Of a stretch of DNA of 64,000 nucleotides, positions 1-13,030 are shown piece after piece. The DNA comes from Squalus acanthias (lineage: Eukaryota). The notes beneath the pieces were generated by a model. It was not told where the DNA came from. It ran no database searches and saw only the letters and a list, made by a program, of their open reading frames with translations. The stretch lies in assembly GCA_030390025.1 (NCBI GenBank), contig CM059432.1, positions 68,822,001 through 68,886,000 on the forward strand, written 5' to 3'. A program made the position numbers and the translations under genes. Within the stretch, counting starts at the first letter, position 1; each line of letters starts with the position of its first letter.

Positions 1-476
1 CGTTTGCCCATCACCCCTGTGCTCACTGACCTACATTGGCTCCCGGTTAAGCAGCGCCTCGATTTCAAAATTCTCATCCTTGTTTTCAAATCCCTCCATG
101 GCCTCGCCCCTTCCTATCTCTGTAATCTCCTTCAGCCCCACAACCCCCCGAGATATCTGCGCTCCTCTAATTCTGCCCTCTTGAGGATCCCTGATTATAA
201 TCGCTCAACCTTTGGTGGCTGTGCCTTCTGTTGGCTAGGCCCGAAGCTCTGGAATTCCCTGCCTAAACCTCTCCGCCTCGTTACCTCTCTTTCCTCCTTT
301 AAGACACTCCTTAAAATCTACCTCTTTGACCGAGCTTTTGGTCACCTGCCCTAATTTATCCTTATGTGGATCGGTATCAAACTTTTTTTGTCTTAAAATA
401 CTCCTGTGCAGCGCCTTGGGACGTTTTACTACGTTAAAGGCGCTATATAAATACAAGTTGTTGTTGTTGTTGTTGC
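1..476 (+). mobile_element. L2-clade LINE 3' end (ORF2 C-terminus, 3' UTR, (TTG)n tail)
   Basis: ORF 4..354 ITPVLTDLHWLPVKQRLDFKILILVFKSLHGLAPSYL...GPKLWNSLP is the typical L2 C-terminus; followed by AAAGGCGCTATATAAATACAAG and a GTT repeat tail. Confidence 0.9.
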
Positions 477-1589
477 ATACGAAAACCTGTGTGCAAGGCA
501 CCAATTGTTAAAGGGTTCTAATACAAGGATCTTCAATTTGTATCATGCAGTATGCCTTGAAGATATGCAAGTGTATACATTGTCACTGCTCTCTGTACTT
601 TAAACATCTCTGAACTATTGTTCTGCGGCAGCAATGGTCACATGATTCCTTTCAAGAAGGCTACTCCTAACATCATTTGCTGGGATACATTGAGGGAGTA
701 GGAGACAGCAAAGCTCGAGGCTCCCCTCACATTATCCTGCCAAGCACAAGAATTAGCACTTATACCCTGGAGGATGTAGATGGTGAGGTTGAGGATGTAA
801 CTGAGAGTTAGTCATAGTGCATTGGTGAGGAGAAGCAAGTGGTATTGCCTGATAAATGCCAGGCACCTGCTGACTGTTGGATCAGCACGACTTCTGCCTC
901 TGCTGCAGCTCCTGAGGATTCAGACCTCACAATGCCTGCTTACCAGTAGAGAGCGCTGTCTGAACAAGATTGTCTACATTGTAGTGTACTCAACTGGACA
1001 GTAAAGGCAGAAGTGGGAGTTTTTTGTGCTTGAGCAGTGACCGTGCTGCCATTGTGTAGACATAGTTGACATTTTAGCATGGATAGTTCAAGAATAGTAA
1101 TGAGAGGTTTGTGGATAAATTTGGAGGAAATCAAGGACAATTTCAGGGGGCATGAATATGATTAACTCCTATAAGTTATGAGCTGTAGGCCTGTGTATGC
1201 CTGGAATGAGTCAATACCTGCAGATCCATGTATCCCATATATTTTTGTCCATCTGAGCAACATAGTTCTACAGAAATTAGAGAGTTAGTTGATCACCATG
1301 TAGAATTACTAAATTTTTCTAAGTACTATACTGTCTTTTCCAGTGCTTGGAAATTTTTGCTCACATTGAGTCTGCTAAACAAATAGTTTCAGCTGGTGCG
1401 GTGTCTATTTGGCTTACATACAGCTCAAGCAATACAACACATTAGTTTACCTTCAGCATTAATATACCAACATCATAGAAAGACATTTGCAGTTAATTCT
1501 CTCAAATATGCAATGACAAACTTTACGTTGAAAAATCTGTTATTCCTGCAAGATATCATTTCATCTACAGAAGAAAACTGAGACAAAGC

Positions 1590-3370
1590 TAAAGTAGTTG
1601 GAGAATAGTAGTATAACTCAAGATGTAGATTGTCCTACACTTTGGGTTTCACTTCTAGTAATCATCCCCAAGTCCAACAATCTGAACAGTAAATGCCTTT
1701 GCATTGATATGCGAGCAGCAAACGAGTGGGAACAACATGATACTCTAAACTCTGAATGAGATTATGACACAGGTAACGAATGACAAATTTTGTCAAAGTT
1801 AGACTTGAAATCAGGGTAACATCAGCTAGTGCCTCTGTATTACAGCATTTACAATACGTGTTGGCCTGAAGTGATACAAAAGAAGAAAGAAAGAACTTGC
1901 ATTTAGATGGCTCCTTTCATGACCTCAGGACATCCCAAAGCACTTCACAGCCAATTAAGTATTTTGAGTTCAAGTCACTGTTGTAATGTAAGGAAACACA
2001 ACAGCCACTTTGCATACAGCAAGGTCCCACAAACAGAAATTAGATAAGTGATGAAATAGTCTGCTTTGGTGGTGTTGGTTGAGAGAGAAATGTTGGTCAG
2101 GATACCAGGAGAACTCCCTGCTCTTCTTCAAATAGTGTCACAGAATCTTTTACATCTAACTGAGAGGACAGAGGAGGCCTTGGTTTAACATCACATCTGA
2201 AAGACAGCACCTCTGACAGTGTAGCACTACCTCAGTAGTGCATTGAAGTGTCAATTTTTCGTATATCTTCAACAGCAGAGGTTTATTAACACACCATCTG
2301 ACAAATTATTGCTGGAATTCTAGGTGTCTTGAATATTCTGCTGCAAACAGAACATAATCTAACCCTACATACAAGAAGTGTGAATTTGGTACAAAACACC
2401 TAGAATATTTTGGCATAGTCTTCACACATCAGGAAATATCACCAGAACCCCAAAATTCAATACAATCCACAATGCTGTAGCCCCAATTAACATATCAGAA
2501 GTCTGCGGTATGGGTATCGTTATTTACTGTTCCAAAATTTTCCAATTTGATTACAATTACCAAGCCATTGCAAGAAATAACAACTCAGGATAGCATCTTC
2601 AAGTAGAAAAACAAGCATGATCATGTCCTACTTCGGATCAAACAGTTGCTAGCTAGTCAAACAGTGATGAGTTATTTTGATACTAATAGGCTAATGGAGA
2701 TCTATATTGATGCCAATCCTTCACAAAAGGAACTGCCTTTATGTAAAAAGATAGCCTTGGTCCAAAGATTTCTATCATCTATAACATGATTGCTGACTAT
2801 CTCCCTGGATCTGACTACGTCAAGATATGCAGATCTGGTACTGTCATGAGTCATTATTCAAAGAGAGCTGAGGAGTTCATTAATTTTGTAGCTCAACGTT
2901 CTACAGCCAAAGCGATCACTCTAGCTGATATCAAGCAATCTGCAAAGGTTCTTACAGTGTAGGCAGCTATGGCTAATTCACCGTGATGATGATACCATCC
3001 CAAACAGTAAGTGTATAGTCATCCCAATGGAGCTACAAGATTGAGTGATATCTCTCATTTCCATTGACAATCAAGAGATAACCAAAGGCCTCTTCAGAAC
3101 CAAAGTGTGTTTCCAAAGTATAGACAGTAAGGTGGAAGAAGCTGTTAAAAGATATTTCAACAGTAAGGCAATGACTGTTGAATGCAAGTTGGCATCACTC
3201 ACCATGTTGGATCTATATGAATATTCACAGCAAACAGTAGTGTTGATATCTGTAGATCCTTTCCGTCAGGAGACTGGCTCCAAATTTACTTACTGTTTGT
3301 TGTATTATAACATTGTAAAAATAACACAATGGCATTTTGAGTCTTGCAAATTAGGATGGGACCCATGTAC
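1590..3370 (+). pseudogene. Highly decayed Ty3/Gypsy pol relic (RT, RNase H, integrase zinc-finger fragments), split by a SINE
   Basis: Manual translation: DVDCPTLWVSLLVIIPKSNN..CLCIDMRAANE (~1622-1725), LSKLDLKSG*HQL (~1790-1828), LLASQTVMSYFDTNRLMEIYIDANP (~2646-2720), LFRTKVCFQSIDSKVEEAVK (~3090-3150), in RT-RH-INT order; many stops and frameshifts; no LTRs seen. Confidence 0.7.
1880..2255 (-). mobile_element. DeuSINE/SacSINE1-like SINE, decayed
   Basis: Reverse complement of the SINE body seen at 18484-18930 and 63070-63505. Confidence 0.8.
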
Positions 3371-3835
3371 AACACGTTTCCACCTCATTTTTCTTGCAAT
3401 ATAATTTTCAGTCTGGCATAGGAGCTGCGTTTTCACCATCCCTTTAAGTGGAAGTGCATTTAAATTTATGAAAATCATGGGATTGGTGTAGCTAGCAGGC
3501 CAAAGCCCTATGATTTGCAATGCCTTTGCACCCAGCGTAAAATGCCAAGATGAAAGAGGTGTACCTGTTGCCAGCATCAGTTGATACCAGCAGAAGTGCT
3601 TGATTATATGCAGCCTGGAGAAGCTACTTAAGGTTATATTTGGACTTTGAAATAATTGATTTAAAAAACATTTCTTTACTTTGATGATATACGGAGGTAG
3701 ACTTGCAGCTGACAGACTGAAGACCTGTCAGGGCCTAGGAAATGTTCACCCCTCACTCAGATTAAGCATGGAAGAGGAGCATACAGTGTACTCACCCAAA
3801 CACTGGAGGAGTAACCTTTGAGCTTGAGCAGCAAC

Positions 3836-4298
3836 TATAAGAACATAAGAACATAAGAAATAGGAGCAGGAATAGGCCACTTGGCCCCTCGAGCCTGCTC
3901 CGCCATTCAATAAGATCATGGCTGATCTTGGACTCAAAGCCACTTCCCTGCCCGCTCCCCATAATCCTTCACTCCCTTATCTTGCAAAAATCTGTCTATC
4001 TCCACCTTAAATGCATTTAATGACCCAGCCTCCACGGCTCTCTGGGGCAGAGAATTCCACAGATTTACGACCCTCTGAGAGAAGAAATTCTTCCTCATCT
4101 CAGTTCTAAAAGGGCGACCCTTTATTCTGAAACTATGCCCCCGAGTTCTAGATTTCCCCATGAGGGGAAACATCCTCTCTGCATCTACTTTGTCGAGCCA
4201 CCTCAGTATCTTATATGTTTCAATAAGATCACCTCTCATTCTTCTAAATTCCAATGAGTATAGGCCCAACCTGCTCAATCTTTTTTCATAAGTTGACA
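3836..4298 (-). mobile_element. CR1-clade LINE 3' end
   Basis: ORF 3934..4299 YEKRLSRLGLYSLEFRRMRGDLIETYKI...RVVNLWNSLP; (TTCTTATG)n tail. Confidence 0.92.
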
Positions 4299-4344
4299 TT
4301 GTGTAACTTTAAGAATCAAGGATGATTCCTACAAATTTAATAAT

Positions 4345-4480
4345 CATGCCAGTAATTTCCATGGAGCTTCTCCCAACCTCCCGCTGTAATTTCAACAGAA
4401 GATCAGTGTAAACTCTGGAGAAACAGTGTAAACAGCAGTTATGGTGGAGGATTGGGGAATCCCATGGAAATTCTACCCCC
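4345..4480. mobile_element. Short (~140-170 bp) MITE family; related copies near 19445-19610, 31870-32026, 33900-34068
   Basis: Imperfect terminal inverted repeats of the ..AATTTCC(A)/(T)GGAAATT..CCCC type and similar internal sequence between copies. Confidence 0.5.
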
Positions 4481-5999
4481 ATCATGTTTAGAAAAATAAA
4501 CACAACATGTGTGAATCACTTGTATCCATGCAAAATACACTAACGTTTGGGGAAGAGTATGGAGGCGTCCTCTGCCTCGATCTGCCCAATATTTCAAGAA
4601 TGATTGTGACGCAGGTTAGAGGCAGTTATGCTGCTATTAAAGGCTTTGGGCTTAAATCCTGAAGATAATCTCTTAGCTGGCTTTCACATGCTGAAAGATT
4701 GGATAGAGACAATTTTGAGGCAGGAGTTCAAGGGGCTCATAGCTGCTAAAAATTCTGCTCTCAGACAGCTCAACGGACATGTTGAGGAAATGTTCAGCAG
4801 TAGGTAGCATGCTTGGAGTAATCCCAGATCAAACTGGCTGTTTGAGCAAAACACAATGACCACAGTCACACGCCACAGAGTTAATTGAATACATGCAATG
4901 TGATTGATTTAAATATTATGCTGAGCATTTGCATATCATTGGATAGAATAGAGCAAGATACCAGCAAAAAATGGGAATAAACAGTAATGGATGATGCACG
5001 AACATGTGGGCAGGGGAGTTTTTGGGAGGAATCATTTGCAAATATGGATCACAGCTTTAAGAAATGGGCCAGCTGTGGCACTCATTGGAAAGCATCTTGA
5101 ATTAATTAGTGCCTGGTGCACCAGTATTCCTTGCTGTGTGCTGGTTTGGCAGCTAATTCCTCATCGGCACTTGAATCCTTTTGCTCTGCCATGGTTTCAT
5201 CATCCTATCCTTTGATCTCCGTGGTGAGGCTGCTTTCTAGGGTGAGGTTACAGAACATGCAGCAGATGATAATTATTTGGGAGACCCTTGGGAGGTATAC
5301 TTAAGGCACCACAGATTAATACTAATGGTATGTTCAATAGCCATTCTGATTATAACATTAGTTTGCACTCTGCTTCTGGTCATAGTTGCCACAAGTGTGT
5401 CACGAGATAGCCTTGATTTGCAGGAAACATCCTTCCACACTGTTCCTTCCCTTTCAAATAAGGGTGGCACCAAAGATGATCTTAAAATAAAGGGTAAGCA
5501 GGCAATCACCTGCATTATTCTATTCTGGTGGTTGTAGATCAGCTGGACTTTGATGGAATAGAATCCCCTAGTCCACATAGGGCATAACATTGTTCACAGG
5601 AGCCTGTAGAATTATATTGGCCTTCTTGTTCCTGCTGTTGGTCAGTGGTGCAAGTGATGAAATTGTTGATCATGCTGAATAATGTGTCTATGACCTCCTT
5701 GATACATCTGTGGGCAGTAAATATCTCTGACACTGCAAACGTCCCCAGTGCTTGCTTGAAAGGAGGTGACACATATAAATAAATGACCAAGGTAACTTTT
5801 ACAAATGTTTGACTGTGTCTGGGGGTCTTATTGAAGGAGAAGATACACCTCTCATGGCTTTCTAGGCACATCTCTTCTATCATTCCTTGGTAACTGCACT
5901 TGGAGTTGCTGTGTTGCATACACCATTGGGCAGCCTTTTCCTGCAGACAAATTGTTTTCTGTGTATATATACTGTGTAATCGATTCCCTCACTGTACTT

Positions 6000-6036
6000 G
6001 TACATGAAGAAGGAGCGGAGCTCCGAAAGCTCGTAA
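6000..6036 (+). ncRNA. Minimal hammerhead ribozyme motif, core-mutated copy
   Basis: GTAC-ATGAAGA-AGGAGCGGAGCTCC-GAAAG-CTC-GTAA; first core C replaced by A relative to the copy at 6445. Confidence 0.55.
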
Positions 6037-6444
6037 TTTTAAATAAAACTTTTGGACTATAACCTGGTGTTGTGCGACTTCTCATTTTTGTCCACCCCAG
6101 TCCAACACCGGCATCTCCGCATCATGACCACTATTGACACCACAAACTGCCGGCTCAAAGTGGAGAGAATCTCCAAGAAGATCGCGTATATTGACACAGA
6201 CATCAAGTATCTACAGAGATGCAAGAAAGCAGACAAGATTCTCAGGACACAGCAGACCAGCTACGAGACACCGCCAAACAGACGAGGCAACGGAACTACA
6301 CGTTGGACCCCCTGTGACCCACCTCATTGTCTTAGCTGTACTCTGATGTGTCTTTGATGTAATGCCTCCCTAACAGATTGTATCTCTGCAGACAAATTGT
6401 TTTCTGTGTATATATACTGTGTTATCGATTCCCTCACTGTACTT

Positions 6445-6481
6445 GTACCTGAAGAAGGAGCGGAGCTCCGAAAGCTCGTAA
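6445..6481 (+). ncRNA. Minimal type I hammerhead ribozyme motif
   Basis: GTAC-CTGAAGA-A-GGAGC/GCTCC helix II-GAAAG-CTC-GTAA; CUGANGA and GAAA core boxes intact. Confidence 0.7.
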
Positions 6482-6912
6482 TTTTAAATAAAACTGTTGG
6501 ACTATAACCTGGTGTTGTGCGACTTCTCATTTTTGTCCACCCCAGACCAACACCGGCATCTCCGCATCATGCTCTTGTTGGTCATTCTCTGCCAGTTGTA
6601 GTTCTAGTAGAGCAATGAATCCAAGCTCATTGCATACAAAAAAGTATAGATTTCAGCTCAAGTGTATAGCAGCTCACCTGTCTAGAAAAAGCAAATGCAC
6701 TAAACCACATGTGGTAAGCTTTACATTTAACTACCGATTATGCTGGCAATTACATTAATGCTTCAGTACAAAAGCACCCAGAAATCACATCTTTCAAACA
6801 GCAATTTGGCAGTGTGTGATAATCAAGTGGAAACTGTGAACTACACTGCACTCCCAAAATGACAGCTCTATAACCCTCAAATAGTTCAGGTATTCCACCC
6901 AATGTTGACATT

Positions 6913-7650
6913 GGCCTGGAATTTGCGGTCAGGATGACGGCAAACTGGCAGCGTTTGCTGTCATTCTGCCTTTGAAACTGACCGCAACTGTGGGATTTGG
7001 CGCATGTGCAAGCGCATGTGGATATCCTGAAGTTGGGTCTATTATTGACAGCTCTGAAACAGGCTACGCTGTGGCCCCCCGACAGAGCCAGCAATCTGTG
7101 TAATCACTCAAATCAGGGAAACTGATGAAAACTTTGGCTCTTCCACAGTAAGTACGCTGTTAAATTCCCCACTAAAAGTTAGACACAAAGGGATTAGGTG
7201 TAACTGGAGTTTTAACAGCATTATTACTGCTAAAGAAATGTTAAGGGCCTGGAAAACTAATTTTAATTTTGTGCAGTGTGAAATTTGTCCATTTTAATAA
7301 AAATTAAATATTTTAAGAAACGTTAAAAAAACCATTTTTTTTTAAGTTTGTCCATCTTTATTTCAGGTTTGCCTTTTCCCCATATGAGAGCCCCAATCTT
7401 TGCTTTGCTCTCTCTAACTATTTTAAAAGTTAGAATTTTAAAAGCTTACTCACTTCCTTGTTCGCTGTCTGTGAGAATTCTTCGTTTTGATTGGCTGCAT
7501 AGACAGCCCGTTGACAGCCTCCATTGATTTGAATTGAAGGTCGGAAAACCCGAAGTTCTCGACACAGGGATCGTGAGATCCTTGTGCGATGTGTACTTCG
7601 GGGCCAGCAGCGAACACCTTCGCTTTGCTGCTGACCGCAAATTCCGGGTC
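6913..7650. mobile_element. Harbinger-type MITE
   Basis: TIR GGCCTGGAATTTGCGGTCAG vs reverse complement of right end GACCCGGAATTTGCGGTCAG; flanks ATT/TTT. Confidence 0.75.
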
Positions 7651-8691
7651 TTTAATTTCTGGGCTCATATTTGTTGCTGGTACACCTTAACTTAAGTTAA
7701 GTTTGGAGCAGACTAATTTACAATAAGGAACAAGACACAAAGGTACATTGATATTTCAGCATATTTATGATTATCAGGAGGAATATGTAATTAGAAGATA
7801 TCTGTTAAATGTGGAGTTCATTTTTGAAGAGGTAAGAAATGCCTTCTGTTGACCAAATGAAAATGTTGTTCAATAGCTACCATCTGTTGGATGGTTACCA
7901 TGACAACCTTTTTCATGAATTAATTCACTAAGAAAACAAATTTCTGATTATTTGTTTTAGGCTTACTAAACTCCTTCCTCCTCCCAATTACTTGCATAAT
8001 CTTTAATCAATTGCTTCTGTACATAATGCAGTGCATTAAATGCCTCGAGCATAAATATGTGAATTCTGATTCTGAATTTACCACTTGCTTTGTTAAAGCA
8101 GTGTAATAGATTTATTTTAGATTTCAATCTGAAAATAATCATGTGATAGCTTTGTGATTTTTGTTTTGTTTACTCCAGTGTAACAAATACATTTTTGAGA
8201 TTTGCTGATATTTGAATCCTGGAAGCTTTGTATTTTGCAGAGTTTTGCAACCTCTAGTTGAAAAATATGGGGCTAGAAATTCGTCCCCTTAGCGGCACGC
8301 CATATGGCGCTAAAATGCTGGCTGTCGCTCTTTCGCCAGCTGGTGGCGGGTCCTGCGGCGGCCGCCCGTTTTCGTCCTTACCTTTGCGCTGCCGGCAACT
8401 GGCCGACTTAACGTCACCAATACGAACTTCGACCCTAGCATTGAATTTAACGCTGGGTCCTAAGCACGTCAGATAAACCCAGCGTGCAAGCAGACTGACA
8501 GTGACAATGTCAGCACCTCTAAAAGGGACACACACATCTTTCAGGTAAGTTTGGATTTAAGCTTTTGGACTGGATTTTTTTTTGATTTTATTGAAGTAGT
8601 GGCTTGCTGCAATAGATGTTAAGAGTTTTTTAAGCATGTGGAGAGTGCTGCTGGATGCTTGCAAGGGCTCGGATGGTAAATTAAGGCCTTT

Positions 8692-8825
8692 GAGAAGACA
8701 GAAAATGCTGCAAATACTCAGCAGGTCAGGCAACATCTGTGGAGAGAAAAACAGAGTTCACGTCTCAGGTCCGGTTGAGTATTTCTAGTATCTTAAGCTG
8801 TCATTTCCGATTTACAGAATCCGCT
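8692..8825. mobile_element. Old Penelope pseudo-LTR fragment in inverted (minus then plus) arrangement
   Basis: GAAAATGCTGCAAATACTCAGCAGGTCAGGCAACATCTGTGGAGAGAAAAACAGAGTT matches 34081-34140; followed by a degenerate plus-strand tail like 36481-36530. Confidence 0.6.
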
Positions 8826-8982
8826 CGCAGAGGGAAGAGGAAGACGCAGAAGAGGAAGAAGCAGACGGAAGGATGCATTCCAGACAGCACCTTTTGGGCC
8901 AGGATATCCGGGACGGAATCATCTGCCTGCGGTCCCAGTGACCACAACCTCAATTCCCCTTTCAACAATAGTCCCACACCTT

Positions 8983-9906
8983 AGAAACATAGAAACATAG
9001 AAACATAGAAGATAGGAGCAGGAGTAGGCCATTCGGCCCCTCGAGCCTGTTCCGCCATTTAATGAGATCATGGCTGATCATCCAAATTCAGTACCCTGTT
9101 CCTGCTTTCTCCCCATATCCCTTGATCCCTTTAGCCTTAAGAAATATATCTAACTCCTTCTTGAATATATTTAATGAATTGGCCTCAACTGCCTTCTGTG
9201 GTAGAGAATTCCACAGGTTCACCACTCTCTGGGTGAAGAAATTCCTCCTCATCTCAGTCCTAAATGGCTTACCCCTTATCCTTAGACTGTGACCTCTTGT
9301 TCTGGACTCCCCCGCCATCGGGAACATCCTTCCTGCATCTAGTCTGTCTAGTCCTGTTAGAATTTTATAAGTTTCAATGAGATCCCCTCTCCTTCTTCTA
9401 AACTCCAGCGAATACAACATCAATCGACCCAATCTCTCTTCATACGTCATTCCTGCCATCCCAGGTATCAGTCTGGTGAATCTTCGCTGCACTCCCTCCA
9501 TGGCAAGAACATCCTTCCTCAGATAAGGCGACCAAAACTGCACACAATACTCAAGGTGTGGCCTCACCAAGGCCCTATACAACTGCAGCAAGACATCCTT
9601 GCTCCTGTACTTGAAACCTCTCGCTAGGAAGGCCAACATACCATTTGCCTTCTTAACCGCCTGCTGCACCTGCATGCTTACCTTCAGCGACTGGTGCACA
9701 AGGACACCCAGGTCTCGTTGCACTTCCCCTTTTCCCAATCTATTGCCGTTCAGATAATAATCTGCCTTCCTGTTTTTGCCACCAAAGTGGATAACCTCAC
9801 ATTTATTCACATTATATTGCATCTGCCATGCATCTGCCCAATCACCCAACCTGTCCAAATCATACTGGAGTTTCTCTGCATCCTCCTCACAGCACACACG
9901 CCCACC
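8983..9906 (-). mobile_element. 5'-truncated CR1-clade LINE
   Basis: 269-aa ORF 9088..9897 ([16 protein letters not shown]...RPHLEYCVQFWSPY); (TTTCTATG)n tail. Confidence 0.93.
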
Positions 9907-11489
9907 TTACCTTCCCTCTGTTACTGACCATCACAACGTCCTCTTGGCCACAATGCTGAAATAAAAGCCACCACAAAGCAAACTTTCCAATCCAACTTTA
10001 TACATCTATCCATCCAATATGGCATCAAGAAATCAACTCATCACCCGTATGCATTCTCTTAGTGACTGTCTTGCATGTGCCTTTGGCTATCCTACTAATG
10101 CCATGCAGTGCTACCACAGTGGCTGCAGCATGGCTGGTGGAAGGCTGCTGACTTTCAGTGGGGGACACTGCAAATAGCCTTGCTGGTTGACCTTGAGGAG
10201 ATGGTGGCTGGGAGTGTCAAATCAATATTATTATTCTTCTTCACTCTCCTTTCCCTCTTCTTAGTCACCCACTGGCTGGGCAGGCTGCATTTCTTGAGTG
10301 TGTGAAATGAGGATGGCACAAGGGTGAAGTTATGGTGGCAGGAGGGCGGGAAAGCATGAGGTGCATGCGAGAAGGAGGCTAATGTATGAGGATACCAGCA
10401 TCTTGTATCCTTTCAGCCCCGCTGCTGGCCAAGGCACAGACATGCTCCCGCCAAGAATGGATTGCACTGTCTCCTCCTAAGAGGTGAGGTGAGGCTAGGA
10501 ATGGGAGATGTGCCCTGTGATTGTTGCAGATTGTTGGTAGGTGAGTGATTGGTGGGGGGGTCATGTATTGAGCAGTGTGTGAAGCTAGTGGTGCAGTTGG
10601 TAGGAGACGGTTTTTGAAGATGCATTCACTGACCTTAACATATGGTCTGAGGTCATGAAGCTTCTTTGGGCACTGGAGCCAGGTGGTGAGGGCGACACTG
10701 CTGGCAGTGACGACCTTGGTGATGTACTCTCACATCCTTCTTCTGGAAGGCCTCCTGGCCCCTGTGTGTAGATGACCTGTCTTCCAGTGTTGACCCCCTG
10801 CACAAAGTTGGAGTGCTGCGTGTGAGACCCTGGGTGCCCCTTCCCTGGCTTGCTGAGCCATTTGTGTTAGTGCTGAAGCAGTTTTCCCAGTTTTTGAGGT
10901 TAGGAAGGGAATTCAGCTTTCAGTGCTGAATATTGACATTTGGGACTTCTTTGTAACGTTAATTTTTTTTTTTGAAGGGCTGAAAGGCTGAAAACTGCAT
11001 TGTTTCACTTCATTTTAATTCATATTAGTTCTGAGTGTATGACCCCTTTAATTTACAGCCATTTTGATTGCCCACGATTCCTTGCAAGCTCCACAGCCTC
11101 GCTCCCAGAAGCTGTGTGCAGCTCGAACACCACTTTAGGTCTCCACTAACGCCACCAGGATGGCGTTGCATGGAAGATAGGTGCTGCACCACCAATCTCC
11201 AGCCTCCCGGACAAATTTAGTCTCGTTATCATTGCGGCCATTTTCAGCAGCCGTTAACCACAACTTTAGTGGCGAACACAAATTTCGAGGCCTTGGTGGG
11301 TTTTGTTTAAGTTGAAAACAATAAGCTGGATTCTCTGTTGCTATATGCTGTTGGTGCTTGGATGATGGTTGAAAAATTCAGGGCTGAATGATTACCTCAA
11401 AAATGTACTGGGAGCATACTGCCTAGTATTTTCTGACCAAATTCACAAGAGGTTTGCGCTGCTATTGTCTGAGTTTTTCTAAAATTCAT

Positions 11490-13030
11490 TCATGGGATGT
11501 GGGCGTCGCTGGCATGGCCAGCATTTATTGCCCATCCATAATTGCCCTTGAGAAGCAGGTGGTCAGCCACCTTCTTGAACCGCTCCAGTCCGTGTGGTGA
11601 AGGTACTCCCACAGTGCTGTTAGGGAGGGAGTTCCAGGATTTTGACCCAGCGACGATGAAGGATCGGCGATATACTTCTAAGTCAGGATGGTGTGTGACT
11701 TGGAGGGGAACTTGGAGGTGGTGGTGTTCCAATGCGCCTGCTGCCCTTGTCCTTCTAGGTGGAAGAGGTCGTGGGGTTGGGAGGAGCTGCCGAAGAAGCC
11801 TTGGCGAGTTGCTGCAGTGCATCTTGTAGATGGTACACACTGCAGCCACGGTACGCCGGTGGTGGAGGGAGTGAATGTTTAAGGTGGTGGATGGGGTGCC
11901 AATCAAGCAGGATGCTTTGTCCTGGATGGTGTCGAGCTTCTTGAGTGTTGTTGGAGCTGCACTCATCCAGGCAAGTGGAGAGTATTCCATCATACTCCTT
12001 ACTTATGCTTTGTAGATGGTGGAAAGGCTTTGGGGAGTCAGGAGGTGAGACACTCACCGCAGAATACCTAGCCTCTGACCTGCTCTTTCTGCCACAGTGT
12101 TTATGTGGCTGGTCCAGTTAAGTTTCTGGTCAATGGTGACCCCCAGGATGTTGATGGTGGGGGATTCAGTGATGGTAATGCCGTTGAATGTCAAGGGGTG
12201 GTGGTTAGACTCTCGCTTGTTGGAGATAGTCATTGCCTGGCACTTCTGTGGCGCAAATGTTACCTGCCACTTATCAGCCCAAGCCTGAATGTCGTCCAGG
12301 TCTTGTTGCATGCGGGTATGGACTGCTTCATTATCTGAGGAGTTATGAATGGCACTGAACACTGTTCAGTCATCAGCAAAAATCCCCATTTCTATGTTGG
12401 AGGGAAGGTCATTGATGAAGCAGCTGAAGATGGTTGGGCCTAGGACACTGCCCTGAGGAACTCCTGCAGCGATGTCCTGGGGTTGAGATGATTGGCCTCC
12501 AACCAGCACAACCATCTTCCTTTGTGCTAGGTATGATTCCAGCCAGTGGAGAGTTTTCCCCCCGATTCCCATTGACTTCAGTTTTACTAGGGCTCCTTGA
12601 TGCCACACTCGGTTAAATGCTGCCTTGATGTCAAGGGCAGTCACTCTTGCCTCACCTCTGGAATTCAGCTCTTTTGTCCATGTTTGGACCAAGGCTGTAA
12701 TGAGGTCGGGAGCTGAGTGGTCCTGGCGGAACCCAAACTGGGCATCAGTGAGCAGGTTATTGGTGAGTAGGTGCTGCTTCATTGCACTGTCGATGACATC
12801 TTCCATCACTTTGCTGATGATTGAGAGTAGACTGATGGGGCAGTAATTGGCTGGATTGGATTTGTTCTGCTTTTTGTGGACAGGACATATCTGGGCAGTT
12901 TTCCACATTGTCGGATAGATGCCAGTGTTGTAGCTGTACTGGAATAGGTTGGCTAGCGGCATGGCTAGTTCTGGAGCACAAGTCTTCAGCATGATAGCCG
13001 GGATGTTGTCGGGGCCCATAGCCTTTGCTG
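11490..13030 (-). mobile_element. 5'-truncated non-LTR retrotransposon of the CR1/L2 group (distinct family), RT domain
   Basis: GPDNIPA...NYCPISLLSIISKVME...QFGFR...ALDIKAAFNRVWH...[10 protein letters not shown]...FADD; disrupted by stops and frameshifts. Confidence 0.88.

Larger units (their letters stand above)
5941..6571 (+). mobile_element. Internally deleted Penelope-like mini-element with two direct pseudo-LTRs (5941-6126, 6386-6571)
   Basis: 186-bp near-identical direct repeats at 445-bp period; interior is an ORF start (MTTIDTTNCRLKVERISKKIAYIDTDIKYLQRCKKADKI) fused to sequence matching the 3' UTR of the GIY-YIG PLE at ~62834-62930. Confidence 0.85.
5230..6630 (-). pseudogene. Decayed Harbinger/HARBI1-like transposase, interrupted by the PLE mini-element
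   Basis: ORFs 5539..5919 (VKVTLVIYLY...AHRCIKEVIDTLF) and 5273..5590 (RGFYSIKVQLIYNHQNRIMQV) match the transposases at 48252 and 57290; the N-terminal part appears to resume after 6571. Confidence 0.7.
8270..11292. mobile_element. Decayed Harbinger deletion derivative hosting a CR1 and a PLE fragment
   Basis: TIRs GGGCTAGAAATTCGT / GGCCTCGAAATTTGT; flanks ATG/TTG; interior ~9960-10860 resembles the Myb-gene region of the 54793 element in reverse. Confidence 0.6.

Noticed and set aside
630..1100. Coding-like GC-richer stretch resembling Harbinger Myb gene exon 3 (also 4560-4870)
   Set aside because: Similarity too weak to support by eye
8984..9010. Short tandem 8-mer repeats
   Set aside because: CR1 3' microsatellite tail without spacers, not a CRISPR array
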